DNA of 64,000 nt. Origin: Thecamonas trahens ATCC 50062 (lineage: Eukaryota > Protista > Apusomonadida). Below are positions 29,997 to 42,800 of the stretch, piece by piece. Each line of letters begins with the position of its first letter. Position 1 is the first letter of the stretch. Position numbers and translations under genes: made by a program. Where the stretch lies: positions 461,315 through 525,314 of the forward strand of contig NW_013657660.1 of NCBI RefSeq assembly GCF_000142905.1. Direction: 5' to 3'. Below the pieces are notes generated by a model. The model made no database searches. It saw nothing but the letters and a program-made list of their open reading frames with translations, and was not told the origin of the DNA.

Positions 29997-31409
29997 TTAA
30001 AGTTGATGACCATTTCCCGGGCGAGCGCGATGTGGTAAGGTGGGCACCGGTTCGGCGTCGAGATGGGGCGAGAGAATGACCCGGAGGAGGGCGGCGATGT
30101 ACTGGGCGCCGATAGTGGGAAAGGCGTGCGAAGCACGGATGGCGGCGGCAGCTGCGCGGCCGCGAGCAACGAGATCGGAGTGAGGAAGATCAGCGATAAG
30201 ACGGAGGATGCGTGCGAGGTCGGGCGTCGAGACGCGGGCCCAGCGGTGGCCGGGATAGTGGTCTGCGCCGATGGTAGAGGCAAAGGAGACGAGCGGGTGT
30301 GGATCAAGGAGCCAGCCAGCATCCGGAGTGACAAAAGCTGGCGGGCCGGCAAAGGCAACTCCGACAACGGGCCGCCCGACAGCCATGGCCTCCATCAGCG
30401 GACGGCCCCAGCCTTCGCCGTGGGACGGAAGGACAACAACCGAAGCTGATCGGAGGAGCTCGGCCATGCCTTGCGAGGAGAGTACGGCTGTCGAGGCCTC
30501 GATGAGCGGAAAGGTGGCTTGGTCGCGACCCGCGAGCGCCGGCGAGTCTGCTACGATGGCTGCAATGGCGTGGTCGAGACTGCCGCCGGGAACCTGGGTG
30601 TGAAGGACGAGGCGGACGCGGTCGCGTTCGGTAAAGGCAGCGAGGTAGGCGGCGATGAGGCCGGCAACGTTCTTGCGGGAGGTCCAGCGACCAACATAGA
30701 GAAAGACAGAGTCGAGCTCGGGCAGCGAGTCGGGCGATGCCGCAAAGAGCGTCATGTCGACGGTCTGGCCGAGCGCTTCGACGGGCACATGGTTGTCGAG
30801 TGCGTCGGCAAAGATAGCAGTGGCGTGCGGCGTGGGCAGCCAGAGTGTGTCTGCCGATCGCAACGTCGCGAGCCACGCCTCTGGAACCGAGTCGGTCTCG
30901 AACATGGTGCGGCCGACGAGGGCATCGGCGCGAGTCTCGTCTGCTAGCTCTGAGCAGGTCGCCCACAGCGGTGGCGGGAGATGGCAGACAATGACGAGGC
31001 GGGATGATCGAGGGCGATGCGAGCGACGGATGACTTCAGCTTGCTGCAGAGCAGCCATGAGAAACACGGCCTCGTCATTGTCGAGGCGGGCGAGGTGCTC
31101 GACTTCGAGCGGAAGACCACCATGGAGAGCGCCGACGACCAGCTCATGCTCGACTCGGCCATCGAGCATGGCAGCAGCAGCGGCGATGGCCCGAAGAGTA
31201 GCCAGCGCCTCGGTTCCATATCCACACGCATGTACAAACGGAGCTACCCAGATGACGGATAGCACAGGGCGCGGGTCATCCATGTCTGCACCCGTGCCTC
31301 CAGTGGCTGTGATGGTGCCGATGATGATGCTAACGATGATGATGATGATGATGCTGAAAGAGGCGAGACTGGGAGAAGTGCATGGTTGACCGAGGTGAGT
31401 AGATGCCAT
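29997..31409 (-). CDS. GT-B glycosyltransferase, family 4-like, with N-terminal membrane anchor
   Basis: GRTMFETD, FLYVGRWTSRKN, VLPSHGEGWGRPLMEAMAVGRPVV (Ex7E) and a hydrophobic Ile-rich anchor. ATG chosen at 31409; the upstream part of the track ORF is antisense to AspRS. Confidence 0.9.
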   Translation of the reverse strand: MASTHLGQPCTSPSLASFSIIIIIIVSIIIGTITATGGTGADMDDPRPVLSVIWVAPFVHACGYGTEALATLRAIAAAAAMLDGRVEHELVVGALHGGLPLEVEHLARLDNDEAVFLMAALQQAEVIRRSHRPRSSRLVIVCHLPPPLWATCSELADETRADALVGRTMFETDSVPEAWLATLRSADTLWLPTPHATAIFADALDNHVPVEALGQTVDMTLFAASPDSLPELDSVFLYVGRWTSRKNVAGLIAAYLAAFTERDRVRLVLHTQVPGGSLDHAIAAIVADSPALAGRDQATFPLIEASTAVLSSQGMAELLRSASVVVLPSHGEGWGRPLMEAMAVGRPVVGVAFAGPPAFVTPDAGWLLDPHPLVSFASTIGADHYPGHRWARVSTPDLARILRLIADLPHSDLVARGRAAAAAIRASHAFPTIGAQYIAALLRVILSPHLDAEPVPTLPHRARPGNGHQL

Positions 31410-31754
31410 TGGCCACGGCAAGAATATCGAGGTCGAGTGGGAGAGTGACGTGGTTGGTTGTGGTGTTGTGTGTGGTTGCGTGGAGATGAGTTGTGAGCGG
31501 CAGCGAGGCTCAGTTCCGTGCCATCCATGCCATCGATGCCCAGCCGTCACTGCGAGGGATACTGTAGTCGTAGCGGTGGTAATGTTATGGATGTCGTCTG
31601 TGTGGTGGATGTGATGACGATGCGGATGGCTACCGATGGGTCGGATGTGATGCCAAGTCATCCCGGCCCGGGTTGGGGGAATCGATCCCACCAGTGGCGA
31701 GCTTGTGGCGAGTGACTCAAGCTTTGTCAGCGGCCACTTTACGCGACACGAGAG

Positions 31755-33614
31755 ATGCTCGGCGGGCGAGTGACAAGGGCATGGAGCCATGTCTGGCGTA
31801 GAATGAGTAGCAGCAAGAAGTATATTCCTGGACTGGCAGAGGAAGAGCTCGGGTCGGAGGTGTCGGTCACGGGCTGGCTGGCTGGTGTCCGTCCAGCTGG
31901 ACCGGCGACGGCGTTTGCAACTGTTCGCGATCGTGAGGGCGTGATTCAGGTTGTGGTCGACGGAAGCGCAGACGAACTGCCGCCACTCGAGTCTGTGGTG
32001 CAAGTGAAAGGGCGCATCGAAGCGCGGCCGAGTCGGCAGAGGCGGACAAGTGCGGTGAATGCGATCGGCGAGCTGGAGATCCATGCCAAGGCCGAGGAGG
32101 TTGTGACGGTGGCGGCGGCAGCGAAGGAGCTCCCGATGTCACTGGTGGCCAAGAAGAACGCACCGCTGCCGGCTGAAGCGTTGCGGCTGGCGAACCGGCA
32201 TCTGGACCTGCGGCGGCCGGAGCTGGTGGGCAACCTGCTCGCGCGAGCTGCGTTTCTCTCGGCCGCGCGGAGCGTGGTGGAGAGCGAGGGATTTGTTGAG
32301 GTGGAGACACCGATTCTGTTCAAGTCGACGCCTGAGGGCGCGCGTGAGTTTGTGGTGCCTGCGCGGGCAGTTCGTGGCGCGGCGTATGCCCTCCCACAGT
32401 CGCCGCAGCAATACAAGCAGCTGCTGATGAGCGCCGGCATCGATCGGTACTACCAGGTTGCGCGCTGCTTCCGCGACGAGGACTCGCGGGCCGACCGGCA
32501 GCCCGAGTTTACCCAGCTGGATATCGAGGCCTCGTTTGTCACTGCTGGCGACATCCAAGGACTCATCGAGCGGGTGGTGAGTGCCGGCGTGCCGGCGTCG
32601 CTGCGGCGGGCAGCCGGGCACCGGCCGCAGCTTGCGGAGCTCGCCGCCGACGCGTCGGCACTGTCTGGCTTGCAGCATCCGTTCCCGCGGGTGAGCTACG
32701 CACAAGCGATGGCCGATTACGGGTCGGACAAACCGGATATGCGGTCGCGCGAGGCGCTGCTGCAGACTGCCGATGGGCTCGTCGGGTTCCGTGTTGCCAA
32801 GCTTGCGGGCGCACTATCGAAGCGCAAGCTGGGCGAGGTGGCGCGGCCGGACGGCGACGTCGAGATGGGCAAGGGCGCATACGTGCTGGGTGTGCCTAGC
32901 GACGACGCGGTGGCGGCACGGAACAAGGTGTTGGCTCTTGGCGGCAGCGAGACCAGCCTTGGGCGGCTGGCCGAGACCTTTGGAGCCGAAGCGGGCGACG
33001 CGCTGGTGGTAGCGCCCGAGGCGATGCGGCCGACTCTGGGCAAGCTCCGGCTCCACGCACTGAAGATGGCGGCCGAGGCGGGGGTGAGTCAGCCTGTGGC
33101 GCACTCGGCGACCAACTTTACATGGATCACCGACTTTCCTCTGTTCGAGGTCGACGCCAGCTCTGGCGCGATCGCGTCGGCGCATCACCCGTTCACCGCG
33201 CCGCACGTGGACGACGTCGAGCTGCTTGCGGAGGGCATGGCGGCGTACAAGGCGACAGGCGAGACGAAGCAGCTGCTTGAAGTCCGGGCGCAGAGCTACG
33301 ACCTGGTGCTCAACGGGGCGGAGCTCGGCGGCGGCTCGATCCGGATCCACCAGCCCGAGCTGCAGCGGGCAGTGCTCCGCGATGTGCTCGGCGTGACAGA
33401 GCCGGATGCGCTCTTTGGGCACCTCCTCCGTGCGCTCGGCCACGGAACGCCGCCGCACGGCGGTGTTGCGCTCGGCATCGACCGCCTCATGGCAACGCTT
33501 CTCGACACCGGAATTCGCGACGTGATCGCCTTTCCCAAGGCCGGCGGCGGGCGTGACTTGCTCACCGGCGCGCCGTCGACTGTCGATCTGAGCGAGTACC
33601 TCGCGACCAAGTAG
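31755..33614 (+). CDS. DARS2: Mitochondrial (bacterial-type) aspartyl-tRNA synthetase
   Basis: OB-fold, RHLDLRRP, EVETPILFKSTPEGAREF, YALPQSPQQYKQLLM, RCFRDEDSRADRQPEFTQLD, HHPFTAP, GGGSIRIH, PPHGGVALGIDR. Arg-rich presequence-like N-terminus. Confidence 0.97.
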   Translation: MLGGRVTRAWSHVWRRMSSSKKYIPGLAEEELGSEVSVTGWLAGVRPAGPATAFATVRDREGVIQVVVDGSADELPPLESVVQVKGRIEARPSRQRRTSAVNAIGELEIHAKAEEVVTVAAAAKELPMSLVAKKNAPLPAEALRLANRHLDLRRPELVGNLLARAAFLSAARSVVESEGFVEVETPILFKSTPEGAREFVVPARAVRGAAYALPQSPQQYKQLLMSAGIDRYYQVARCFRDEDSRADRQPEFTQLDIEASFVTAGDIQGLIERVVSAGVPASLRRAAGHRPQLAELAADASALSGLQHPFPRVSYAQAMADYGSDKPDMRSREALLQTADGLVGFRVAKLAGALSKRKLGEVARPDGDVEMGKGAYVLGVPSDDAVAARNKVLALGGSETSLGRLAETFGAEAGDALVVAPEAMRPTLGKLRLHALKMAAEAGVSQPVAHSATNFTWITDFPLFEVDASSGAIASAHHPFTAPHVDDVELLAEGMAAYKATGETKQLLEVRAQSYDLVLNGAELGGGSIRIHQPELQRAVLRDVLGVTEPDALFGHLLRALGHGTPPHGGVALGIDRLMATLLDTGIRDVIAFPKAGGGRDLLTGAPSTVDLSEYLATK

Positions 33615-33858
33615 CTATGGCTGGCTAGCTATGGCTGGCTGGCGATGGAGTGCAAGTCATTCGATGGTCTCGTTGAGTGTTCGCGAAGGCTGTGCATATT
33701 TTTGAGCCGCAAGATAGGCGGTCGTGGAAAAGTGACAGGGAAATGGGCGGTGCGATGTAATGGTGGAGCATGTCTCGATTGGCTGGTGGAAGGGGGGGTG
33801 TTACCGGGACAGACGGCTGACGGAGCTCAAAGGTGGGGTCGGGCAGTGTTGGGAGGGG

Positions 33859-36800
33859 ATGCGGGACACACTTGTCGCGATGGCTTCACATGGGCGTGAG
33901 CTGGATGCGTCCATTGGGCCTGAGCAAGCGCCCCATGGACGTAGTGCAGACATTATGGTAGAGTGGGATCCTGTAGAGACTGATGGAGTACCATCAGCTC
34001 GTAAAGGCTCTGCCATGGGTGTGTGGAACAACCAGCCGCTGCTGTTTGGAGGTGACGGTGGTCGTGGTGTCCGCTACAACGATGTCTTCCTCATGGACAC
34101 CGGTATGTTCTTCCTCTTTCCTACACCCATACCCCCCCCCCCCCTTCACCCCTCACATGCCTGCAACCTCGCCATTGGCCTGTGACCTCGTCGGTCGTCA
34201 GCGACACGCGTGCTTTCGGCGAAAAGGGTCGCACCGCCCGACCGCCGCCTACCTCCCCCCTCCCCCCCCCCCCCCGTCCTCCCCCGTCCTCCCTCTTCCT
34301 CCTCCCCCCCCCCCTCTACCACTCACCATCTACATACCCGTATGTGTGTCATGTTTCCCTCCTCCCTTTCTCTATGTCTCGCTCGTTCGGCTACATTTGG
34401 CTTTTCGCTTGTCCGGCTCGGCTCGGGTCGGCACGGCATGGCTCGGCTTCCGCTCGCTCTCCCGCTTTCCTTATTCTGGGTTGTTGGCGGGGTGTGCGAT
34501 GGTCATGGTGATGATGACCATGGGGTGGGGTGGGGCGGGATGGCGATGATGATGGATTTTGGCGTGGTTGTGGTGGCGTGGGTGTGGTGGCGTGATGTGG
34601 TGGTGGTTGCATGGTGGCTATGATGGCTGGTTTGGTTGGCGTGGTGTGGCGATGGTCGTCGGCTCGGCGTGTGGTATCATGGCCTGCTCCAGAATCCATG
34701 CGATGGAAGGAGGTGTGCTGCCAGCCGTCGCTGGACGGCTACTTTCCGCCACCGCTGTCGTACCATGCGATGGTGGTGTGGCGGCACTTTGCGGTGGTGT
34801 TTGGCGGCTACGACGACACGCACACCAACGACGTGCGGCTGCTGAATCTGCTGACAATGACATGGACGCTGGCGCGTGTGCGCGGCGACGTGCCGTCGAA
34901 GCGGTACGGACACACCATGTGCTTGTGGGGCGACCAGGCGATTGTGATGGGCGGGCAGACGATGAATGGTGGGGCCGTGGACGATATGTTTGTGCTCAAT
35001 CTGGAGACAATGACTTGGCGGGAGGTGAGCGCGCGCGGCAACGGACCGCCGGCGTCGTGCTATCACACCATGACGGTGTGGAAGGACACGGCGTTTACCT
35101 TTGGCGGCAACGCCGAGACCGACGTGTTTCTCCTCGACCTGCCGACCATGGTGTGGCGGCGGATTACGCCCGATGGCGACGGGCCGTCGAAGCGGTTCGG
35201 GCACACGGCGGCGGTGTGGCACGACCTCGCGGTCATTGTGTGCGGGCGTCATGGGACGATGTGCAATGCCGACGTGTACGTCCTCTCACTCGGGCACGAC
35301 TCGATGATGTGGCTCCCATTCTCGATCGACGGCTCGTTTGTGGGCGAGCGGCACGCTCACTCGATGGTGGTCATCGGGGCCAAGGCGTACGTGGTGGGCG
35401 GGCATGGCGGGACGTACTATAACGACACACAGGTCCTCCGGCTCGACATCATGGCGTGGATGGCGACGTCTTACACACCGGACCAGCGCGACGGGCATGT
35501 CATGTTCATTCACAACGACGAGGCGTACCTGTGGGGCGGCGACGGCGGCGGCGGGCGGCGGTTCCAGGACCTCTCGGCGCTCAATCCCAAGACCAACCGG
35601 TGGCGGCGGGTGACCCAGAGCGGCGACGTGCCGTCGGCGCGGTCGTACCACGCCATCGCGCGGTGGACGCCTGAGAAGTTGCTGCTCTTTGGCGGCTTTG
35701 ACCACTCGTACTGCGACGACCTCTATGAGCTCGACCTCACCTCGCCCGAGGAGCCCGAGTGGCGGCGGCTGGAGACCGGCGGCGACCAGCCGATGCCTCG
35801 CTACGGCCATTCGTTTACTACGGTCGGCTCGCGGGCATACCTGTTTGGCGGCAAGGGCCACGCCAACGTCTTCTTCGGGAATGAGCTCGAAGTCCTCGAT
35901 CTGGACACGCTGACGTGGTCCGTTCTGGAGACGAGTGGGGAGGCACCGGCGCGGCGCTACGGCCAGTGCGCTTTTGTCTACCGCAACGTGTACTACGTTG
36001 TGGGTGGCTCTGGTGTCGAGTTTTACAACGACGTCCACGCGCTCGATCTCGAGACGCGGACGTGGTCGCGGGTCAAGACCCACGGGCGCCAACCGTCGGT
36101 TCGGTCGTACCACTCGGTCGCGCTGTGGGGCGCCAAGGCCGTGGTCTTTGGCGGCGACCACGGCGGCGGTGAGCGGTTCAATGACGTCCACATCCTCGAC
36201 CTTCGCTCGATGCGCTGGCTCGAAGTGGTGACCAAGGGTCCCATTCCGGCTGTCCGCTGCACCCACACCTTTTCCATTGTTGGCTCGCGTGGCATTCTGT
36301 TTGGCGGGCGCGACGCAGGCACATACTACAACGATGTGCGGTACCTTAACCTCGACCCGGGCGTCTCGGCCGTGGCAGACCTCTTCTGCACCATCCGCAT
36401 TATCATTGACAACGGCCTCACTCAAGAGCTGGCGCGTACAACTGAGAACCACGACCTGCTCACCTTTCTGGACATTGTCTCGCAGCTGCCGTCTGAGCTC
36501 GTCCTCCTCGTCTGCTCGTTCTCGATCGAGTTCCCCCCGACGCGCATGCCGTCGGACGCCATCCTCGATCACCACCGCGCCGCCATCCCGTCGCCGCTGC
36601 AGAACCATGCCGCCGGCCTCTCGTCCATCATTGTCTCTGTCTGCGAGTATGTGTACGGGGATCTCAACGACATCTCAAAGACCTCCTTTAAGGGCTGCCT
36701 CGTCAAGGACCTCCTCGCTCGCATCCGCACCTGCATCATCACCAACTTTGATCTGCCCACCTTTATCCTCCACAAGGATCGTGTTCATGTCACCAACTTT

Positions 36801-36878
36801 CTTAAGCGCCGCATGGACGAGTATGGCCAGAACTGGGACAAGCTCGGTTCGGCCAAGCTCACCATCCCGCGCTCGTGA
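33859..36878 (+). CDS. Kelch-repeat protein (about two beta-propellers) with C-terminal helical extension
   Basis: Exon 1 33859-34102, intron 34103-34692 (GTATGT...CTCCAG) joining in phase (DT-E-SMRW). Many PS.R..H / FGG / ND...L....W kelch units. Start codon uncertain. Confidence 0.9.
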
Positions 36879-36893
36879 CCCGCTGCCTACGCA

Positions 36894-39800
36894 CTACTCG
36901 TCCGAGAACGTAAAGTCGCTGGATCCCGAGTCGTGTCCCAACTCGTGGTCGTCTGACGTGTGTCCCAGCTCGTGATCGTCGGATGGATGTGAGGAAGGAT
37001 GGGCTCCGAGCTGGGGGCTAGACTCGATGTTCGTTCCCGCCTCGACTTCCGACTCGGCTTCTGCCTCGGCCTTTGGCTCGGCTTCTGCCTCGGCTCCTGC
37101 CTCTGCCTCACCCACCGCCACCTCGGTCTTTGCCTCGGCATCGGCGCCAGCCACAGTCTCGGGCACCATCTCAGCATCGGTCTTGTCCTTGCGCTGTCTC
37201 TTACCCAGACCCTTACCCTTGGTCTTGGCCTTGGCCTTCCCCTTCTCCTTACGCCTGGCACGAGTTGTGGTCTCGGCAACTTTGACGTCCGGAACAGGCA
37301 CGCCGCGCGGCTGCTGCAGCCGGGCATCAAGCGAGCCAAGGTACGGGCCGAGGAGCTGAAGGACACCTGCGAGCGAGGCGTTGTACCTAAAGTGTGGCAG
37401 GAGTGCAGCGTCGGCCGACGACCAGCCGGGCGTGTACTCGAGTGGGGTGGCGCGGACAAAGTTGAAGACCCGCCCAGGCACCGCGTCGGTGTCTAGGTCA
37501 GGAAGGACGCGGAAGAGGTAGCGGAGAAGCTCGGCACGGATGTCGTGCATTCGCGAGTCGTGCGAGAACGAGTTGGCCACGACAAGCTCGGCCACATCCT
37601 CGTACTGGCTCGGCGAAAGCTCAAAGTGGGCGTAGCGAGAAAGCGCGGCGTGAAGGAGCCGGAGGACCGGCCAGCGCCAGCCTACCGGCCCGTCTTCGGC
37701 TAGCTGGCGGAGAACAACAAGGACAAAGCCGTACGTGGCGTAGCCCGGCCAGAGCTGCGCCACCGCGTCGAGGAGCGCGTTGGCAAACGCGGGATCATCG
37801 GCAGAGCCGCTCTGCCACTCGCCCAGCAGCCTCGTCAGGCTCTCGCCCACAACGCTCTTGGCGCCAAGAGTGGCCCGTGTCAGCGCCGTCGCACGCTCAA
37901 CCCACGCCGAGCTCTTGAGCTGCGAGCGCTCGGCCATGGCCCGCGCCGCATGGACCAACAGCGCCACAACAAACATCCGCGGGGCGTCCTCTGATCCGTC
38001 GTCGCCCGGGCCCAGCTGCGCAGACAGCGACGCCATCAGTTCCATGGTTTGGTCCTGGAGCGCAGAGACCGAGAGCCCGTTGAGGAGGCCGATGGAGAGA
38101 TACGCCGCCGCGTCCGGGCCCCACTGCGAGACCATATAGTCGAGAACAGTGTGGTCGTCCACAGTGGCCACTTTGAGGGCAGACCCGACCAGCTGCAGAC
38201 CGGCTGCAAAGAGCGCGGTAAACGGAGCTGAGACGCAAAACGAGCCGATGGCACCCACCACGGCCGCACTCGCGCCGGGCTCCGGCCCGCAGCCGACCAG
38301 CGCAACCAGGCCAGCCACGGCCGCCGCGCACACCGCCTGCTTGTCGCCAAGCTCTGCACTTCGCGGCGGCCGCCACTGCTCCATCTCGTCGGCGAGCACA
38401 TGGCCGAGCACAAGGACTGCGGGCGCAACGTCGTCAGCAAGCACCCCCTCGCTCTCGCCGGCAACCAGCGTCGCGTACACTTTGAGGGAGAGACCCGCCA
38501 GCGGCGCACAGAACCGCGAGAGTCCCCACTGCATAGCGGCGTCAGCCCAGTCCTCGACAAGATCTTTGCCGCGCTCACTGATGGCGCGGAGTTTGTCAAC
38601 CACGGCCACAATGGTGGCGGCTGGCCCGGAACCCGAAGCTGCGGCAGAGCCAGGGCGGGGTTCGACGGCCAACGGCGAGGTCCGGGCCGCCAGAGCTGAC
38701 GGCGGGAGAAAGACCGCGTCGACCCAAGCAAGCTCGGCCGCCACGTCGGCCATCGCCGAAGTCGCCGCGAGCTGAGCCTTCAGCAGGACGGCAATGATGG
38801 TGTCGACCGAGTAGTGCAGCGAGCGCGCAAGCGGCTCGGCCTCGGTACCGGCGTCGGCAGCGTCCAGCACACCGCGGACAAGGAGGCAGAGGTGAAGCAG
38901 GTGGACACGCGCACGCAATATCGAGGCCATGCCGTACTCTGTTGCCACCACTGCACCAAGCAAGAGCAGACCGCGAGTGACAAGGTCGGTGCCCTCGCGC
39001 GACGGGACGCTCGCCAACCACTCGGCCCAGGCCACCGCGGTCGACTCGGCACCTGGAGGCACAAGCTCGCGGCCGGGCGCCAGCACCGTTTCCAACAACG
39101 CGTCGACAAACAACGCCGCCGACGACGACCGCGCCAGGTAGTGAGCGACGGCGCGGGCTGCGGCGTTGTCAACTTTTGCGGAACCGGAGGTTGTTGCCGG
39201 CGCAATGCCGCACGGCGCGTCGGAGGTCAGCATTGGCGCCGCTGTTCGCGCGAGCAGAAACTTGGCAAAGACAGCGACGACTGCGCCTGGGGCCGCGGCG
39301 CGGGCGCGGTACGAGGCCGGCGAGCCTGGAGTGGCGGGCTGCGCGCGCGAGTCGCCGCCACTGCCGATGCCTGCGGTGTGCTCGACGACCGCAAGGCACC
39401 ACAGCTCCTGCAGCGCAAAGTCGAGGGCACGACCGTAGGGCAGGACAGCCTTGGTGAGAGCAAAGAGCGAAGCAAGGATGGCCCACACGTCCTGAGTCGA
39501 GGCGAGGACGCCGGCGCGGACAAGGCGCGGGACAGTGCCTGCAAACGGGGCAAAGGTCCGGAGCATGCGGGCGTACGCCCCGGCCGGGCCGTTGCCGCCG
39601 AGCTCGACGGCGTGCGCAACCGGAGCATGCCACTCCATAAGCTCGACAAGAAGTGGTGCGGTGAGCTTGGGCGCACGCTCTGCGAGCGCTGCGGCGTACC
39701 GCACCGCAGCCTCAAGATACGCCGAGGCCTCTTCCGAGCTACCGGCGTCCAGCGGGAGCGCGGGACCGGCGTCGAGATCCAGAGCCGGCGACGAGTCGCA

Positions 39801-42800
39801 CGGGCCGTCGGAGGTCCACAGTACAACCAGTCCGTTGCGCGAAGCCTTGGCGAGGAGAACTGCGAGGCGGAGCGCAATCTGGCGGATGAGGACATGCGGC
39901 GACGAGAGGGTGATGAGGACAACAACCATGAGCTTGGCGACTGGGACGCGGGCGAGCCATTCCGATGGTGCGTGGGCCATGTTGGTTACCAGCGCGTTGT
40001 ACGAGGCGATCTTGAAGGCCGCCGGCCAGTGCGGCGGGACGCCGTCGGCCTGCTGTGGCGACTTGCCGCGCGACGAGCGGTTCGACACAGACTTGTCGGC
40101 GGCAGCAGCAGCCTTGTAGGGGCGATCGGCAAGTACAAACTTGACAAAGAGCGGGGCGTGACGAGGGTTGTGGCGGAGGAACCACATGAGTGCCTCCTCG
40201 CAGACGGCCTGAGTGTAGCCTATCTCGCCGCGGGCGTAGAGATGGTCTGAGACAAACTTGAGGACATGTTTCTCGAGTTGGCTGTCGCCAAGCGGGCCGA
40301 CCTGGAGCATGGCGGAGACGGCGGCAACGACGCGACAGACGAGGGCCTGAGCGTCAGGTGAGCCGCTCTGAGCGCCACCTTCAGCGCGGGAGCGGGCATG
40401 TGCAGAGGCAGCAGCAGCGAGCGAGGCACGGGTGGCGTCGGGATCAGCGGCAGCTGATGCACCGCTCACCGATGGCGTGGCAGCGGTCAGCTCACCTGGG
40501 TACAACATGTTGTAAAGAAACTGGAAAAGCGAGCGTGGGCGCGAGACAATGCCCGCCGACGAGAGCGTAGCGCGGGCAGCATGGGCCTGCAGGCCATCGG
40601 TCCGCAGGATGTACTGGCGGACAAGCGAGGCAGCCGAGGCCTTGGTGGCTAGCGAGGCTGGGTCAAAGAGCTGCAGGTGGGCCGGATCAAGCCAGACCTG
40701 AATGACGTCGTGATAGAGGGCGTACATGGGCACGTTGACAGCAAAGACATCGTCCGGAAGCGACTCGAGGAGGGCGGCGAGGAGGCTGGTGACCACCGGC
40801 AGTGAGTAGTACGAAATGTGGACGCCAATGCGTGCGGCGGCGCGTGCGGCGGCGGCGGCGGCGGCCTCCTGGTCGGCTTGCGACGGTGGTGGGCCGGAGC
40901 CGGCGTCGGCCTTGGCGTCGGCCTTGGCTTCTTTGGCGGCGACGGCAGCCTTGATCGACTTGAGGGCGTACTCCCAGCCGGAGGGGTGGACGTTGAAGAC
41001 GGCGTTTGCACCAGCAAGAGCGCGGGCATCGTCTGCCGAAAGCATGTTTTTGAGAACGTAGAAGACCATGCGCTCGACGAGATGGAGGCTCATCGAGGTC
41101 GATTCTTCGTCGTCAAGCGTTTTCGGGAAGCGGAGCGCCATGGTCATGTAGAGAGTGAGGCCGACAAAATGGTCGGCACCGAGCGAGAGCCGCGAGTCAA
41201 AGTCGTCCGGTGAGTGGACACCGGTCAGCCGCTCGACCAGCCGGCACCATGCCCAACAGACGCAGACCGAGTAGCGGTCCCAGAGGCTCGGCGAGACAAG
41301 CAGAGCGGTGATGCCCGGAAACCAGGGGGTGGCGGTCCGCGGCGCAGCGAGGCGGGCGAGCTGGCCGGGGTCCGCGTCGGCGGTGTGGGCGTCAAAGTCG
41401 GTGCGCGGCAGACCATTGGCGTCAAGGAAGAGGGCGGCGAGGCGAGGCGGGGCAGTGTCGGCTGCGGCAGCCTCAAAGGCCGCCAGCGGCGGCGAGTCAA
41501 GGAGCGCGAGTGGCGCGAGAGCTCCATATGGATGATCGGGTCCGAGTGGCAGTACCACAGCAGCGCCATGCCCTCGATGCGAGTGCGGAGCTCGAGCCAG
41601 GCGTCGAGCTCGACGGCGTCAGTGCGGACGGCATCGTCGGCGAGGGCTTGAGCAAACGAGGTGAGGACGGTGATGATGTTGTTGATGACCTTGAGGACGG
41701 TGGTCTCTTCGAGCTCGGCGGAGAGATCGAGCAGGGCGCGCGAGAGCGCCATGACGACCGGAATGAGGTTGTGTGCCGGCGAGAGGAGCATGTAGTCACA
41801 AAGAGCGACGAGAGCAGTCGAGTGAAGCTCGCGGTCCGAGTGGAGGACGTACGCGGTGAGGCGCTTGACGACGGCCTTCTTGCGGGCGGGGTCCGGGTCG
41901 TGGATGACCGGGAAGCAGCGAAGGGCGGCGCGAACAAGGGCAAGGTCGGTAGCCTTGGACACGTCGCGCTCCTCGGACATGAAGGGCTGGATGAGCGGGA
42001 AGAGCGAGGTGTTGATGGGCTCGAGCGCTGCAGGCACATCGCGGGCAAGCGAGCCAAGAGCGCGGAGGACGGCGACCTGGCCGGCAAGCGGGTAGTTGGG
42101 CAGCGAGAGCGCCTCTGTGACATGGAGCAGGAGCGAGTCGACGTGGTGCTTGCCGATGGCGACGAGAATGGCAACCACAAGCTCGAGCTCTTCAGAGCTG
42201 AGGTTCTTTGCAGCCTTGGAGAGGAACTTGGGCACGATGACAGCGAGCTGGCGCTGGAAGATGGGAATCTGGTCGTGGACAAAGACCGGGTTGAGCGTGG
42301 TAAAGTAGTCGAGGATGAAGCCGAGGACGTCGAGACGATGGGCCTTGTCCTTGAGCGCCGAGGCGGCGAGAGCGAGCCAGTCCTCACCGCGAGTGGGAAA
42401 GTAAAAGGCAGCATTGGCCAGGGTGGTCATGGCCTGCAGCAGCGCGATGGAAAAGAGGATGTGCTTGGACTTTTTGGCCCACTTGGTGACGGTCTTGTAG
42501 ATGTTGGCAAAGAGGTCCCAGAACTGCGGGGCGTGGACCGACTTCTCAAAGGCGATGTACTCGGTCGAGTAACCGGCGACTGCAGTCGGATGGCCGCGGA
42601 TGAGCGTGGTGAAGATGGTGGTGAGCGAGGAGCAGATAGCCTCACGGAGGACACCACGGTCAATGCTCGGCATGCGGGCGGCAAGGATGGCCAGGTACTC
42701 GAGGGTAGTCTTAGTCCGAGCCTGTGTTGCGAAAGAGAACGGAAGGCGAGCGACGGCGCGCTGGTACGAGACGTACGCGCGCTGGGTGTTCTTGTCCATG

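Noticed and set aside
31410-32084. N-terminal ~225 aa of the 695-aa glycosyltransferase ORF overlapping AspRS
   Set aside because: Low-complexity, non-ATG start and antisense to DARS2; likely a stop-free extension, not a true overlap.
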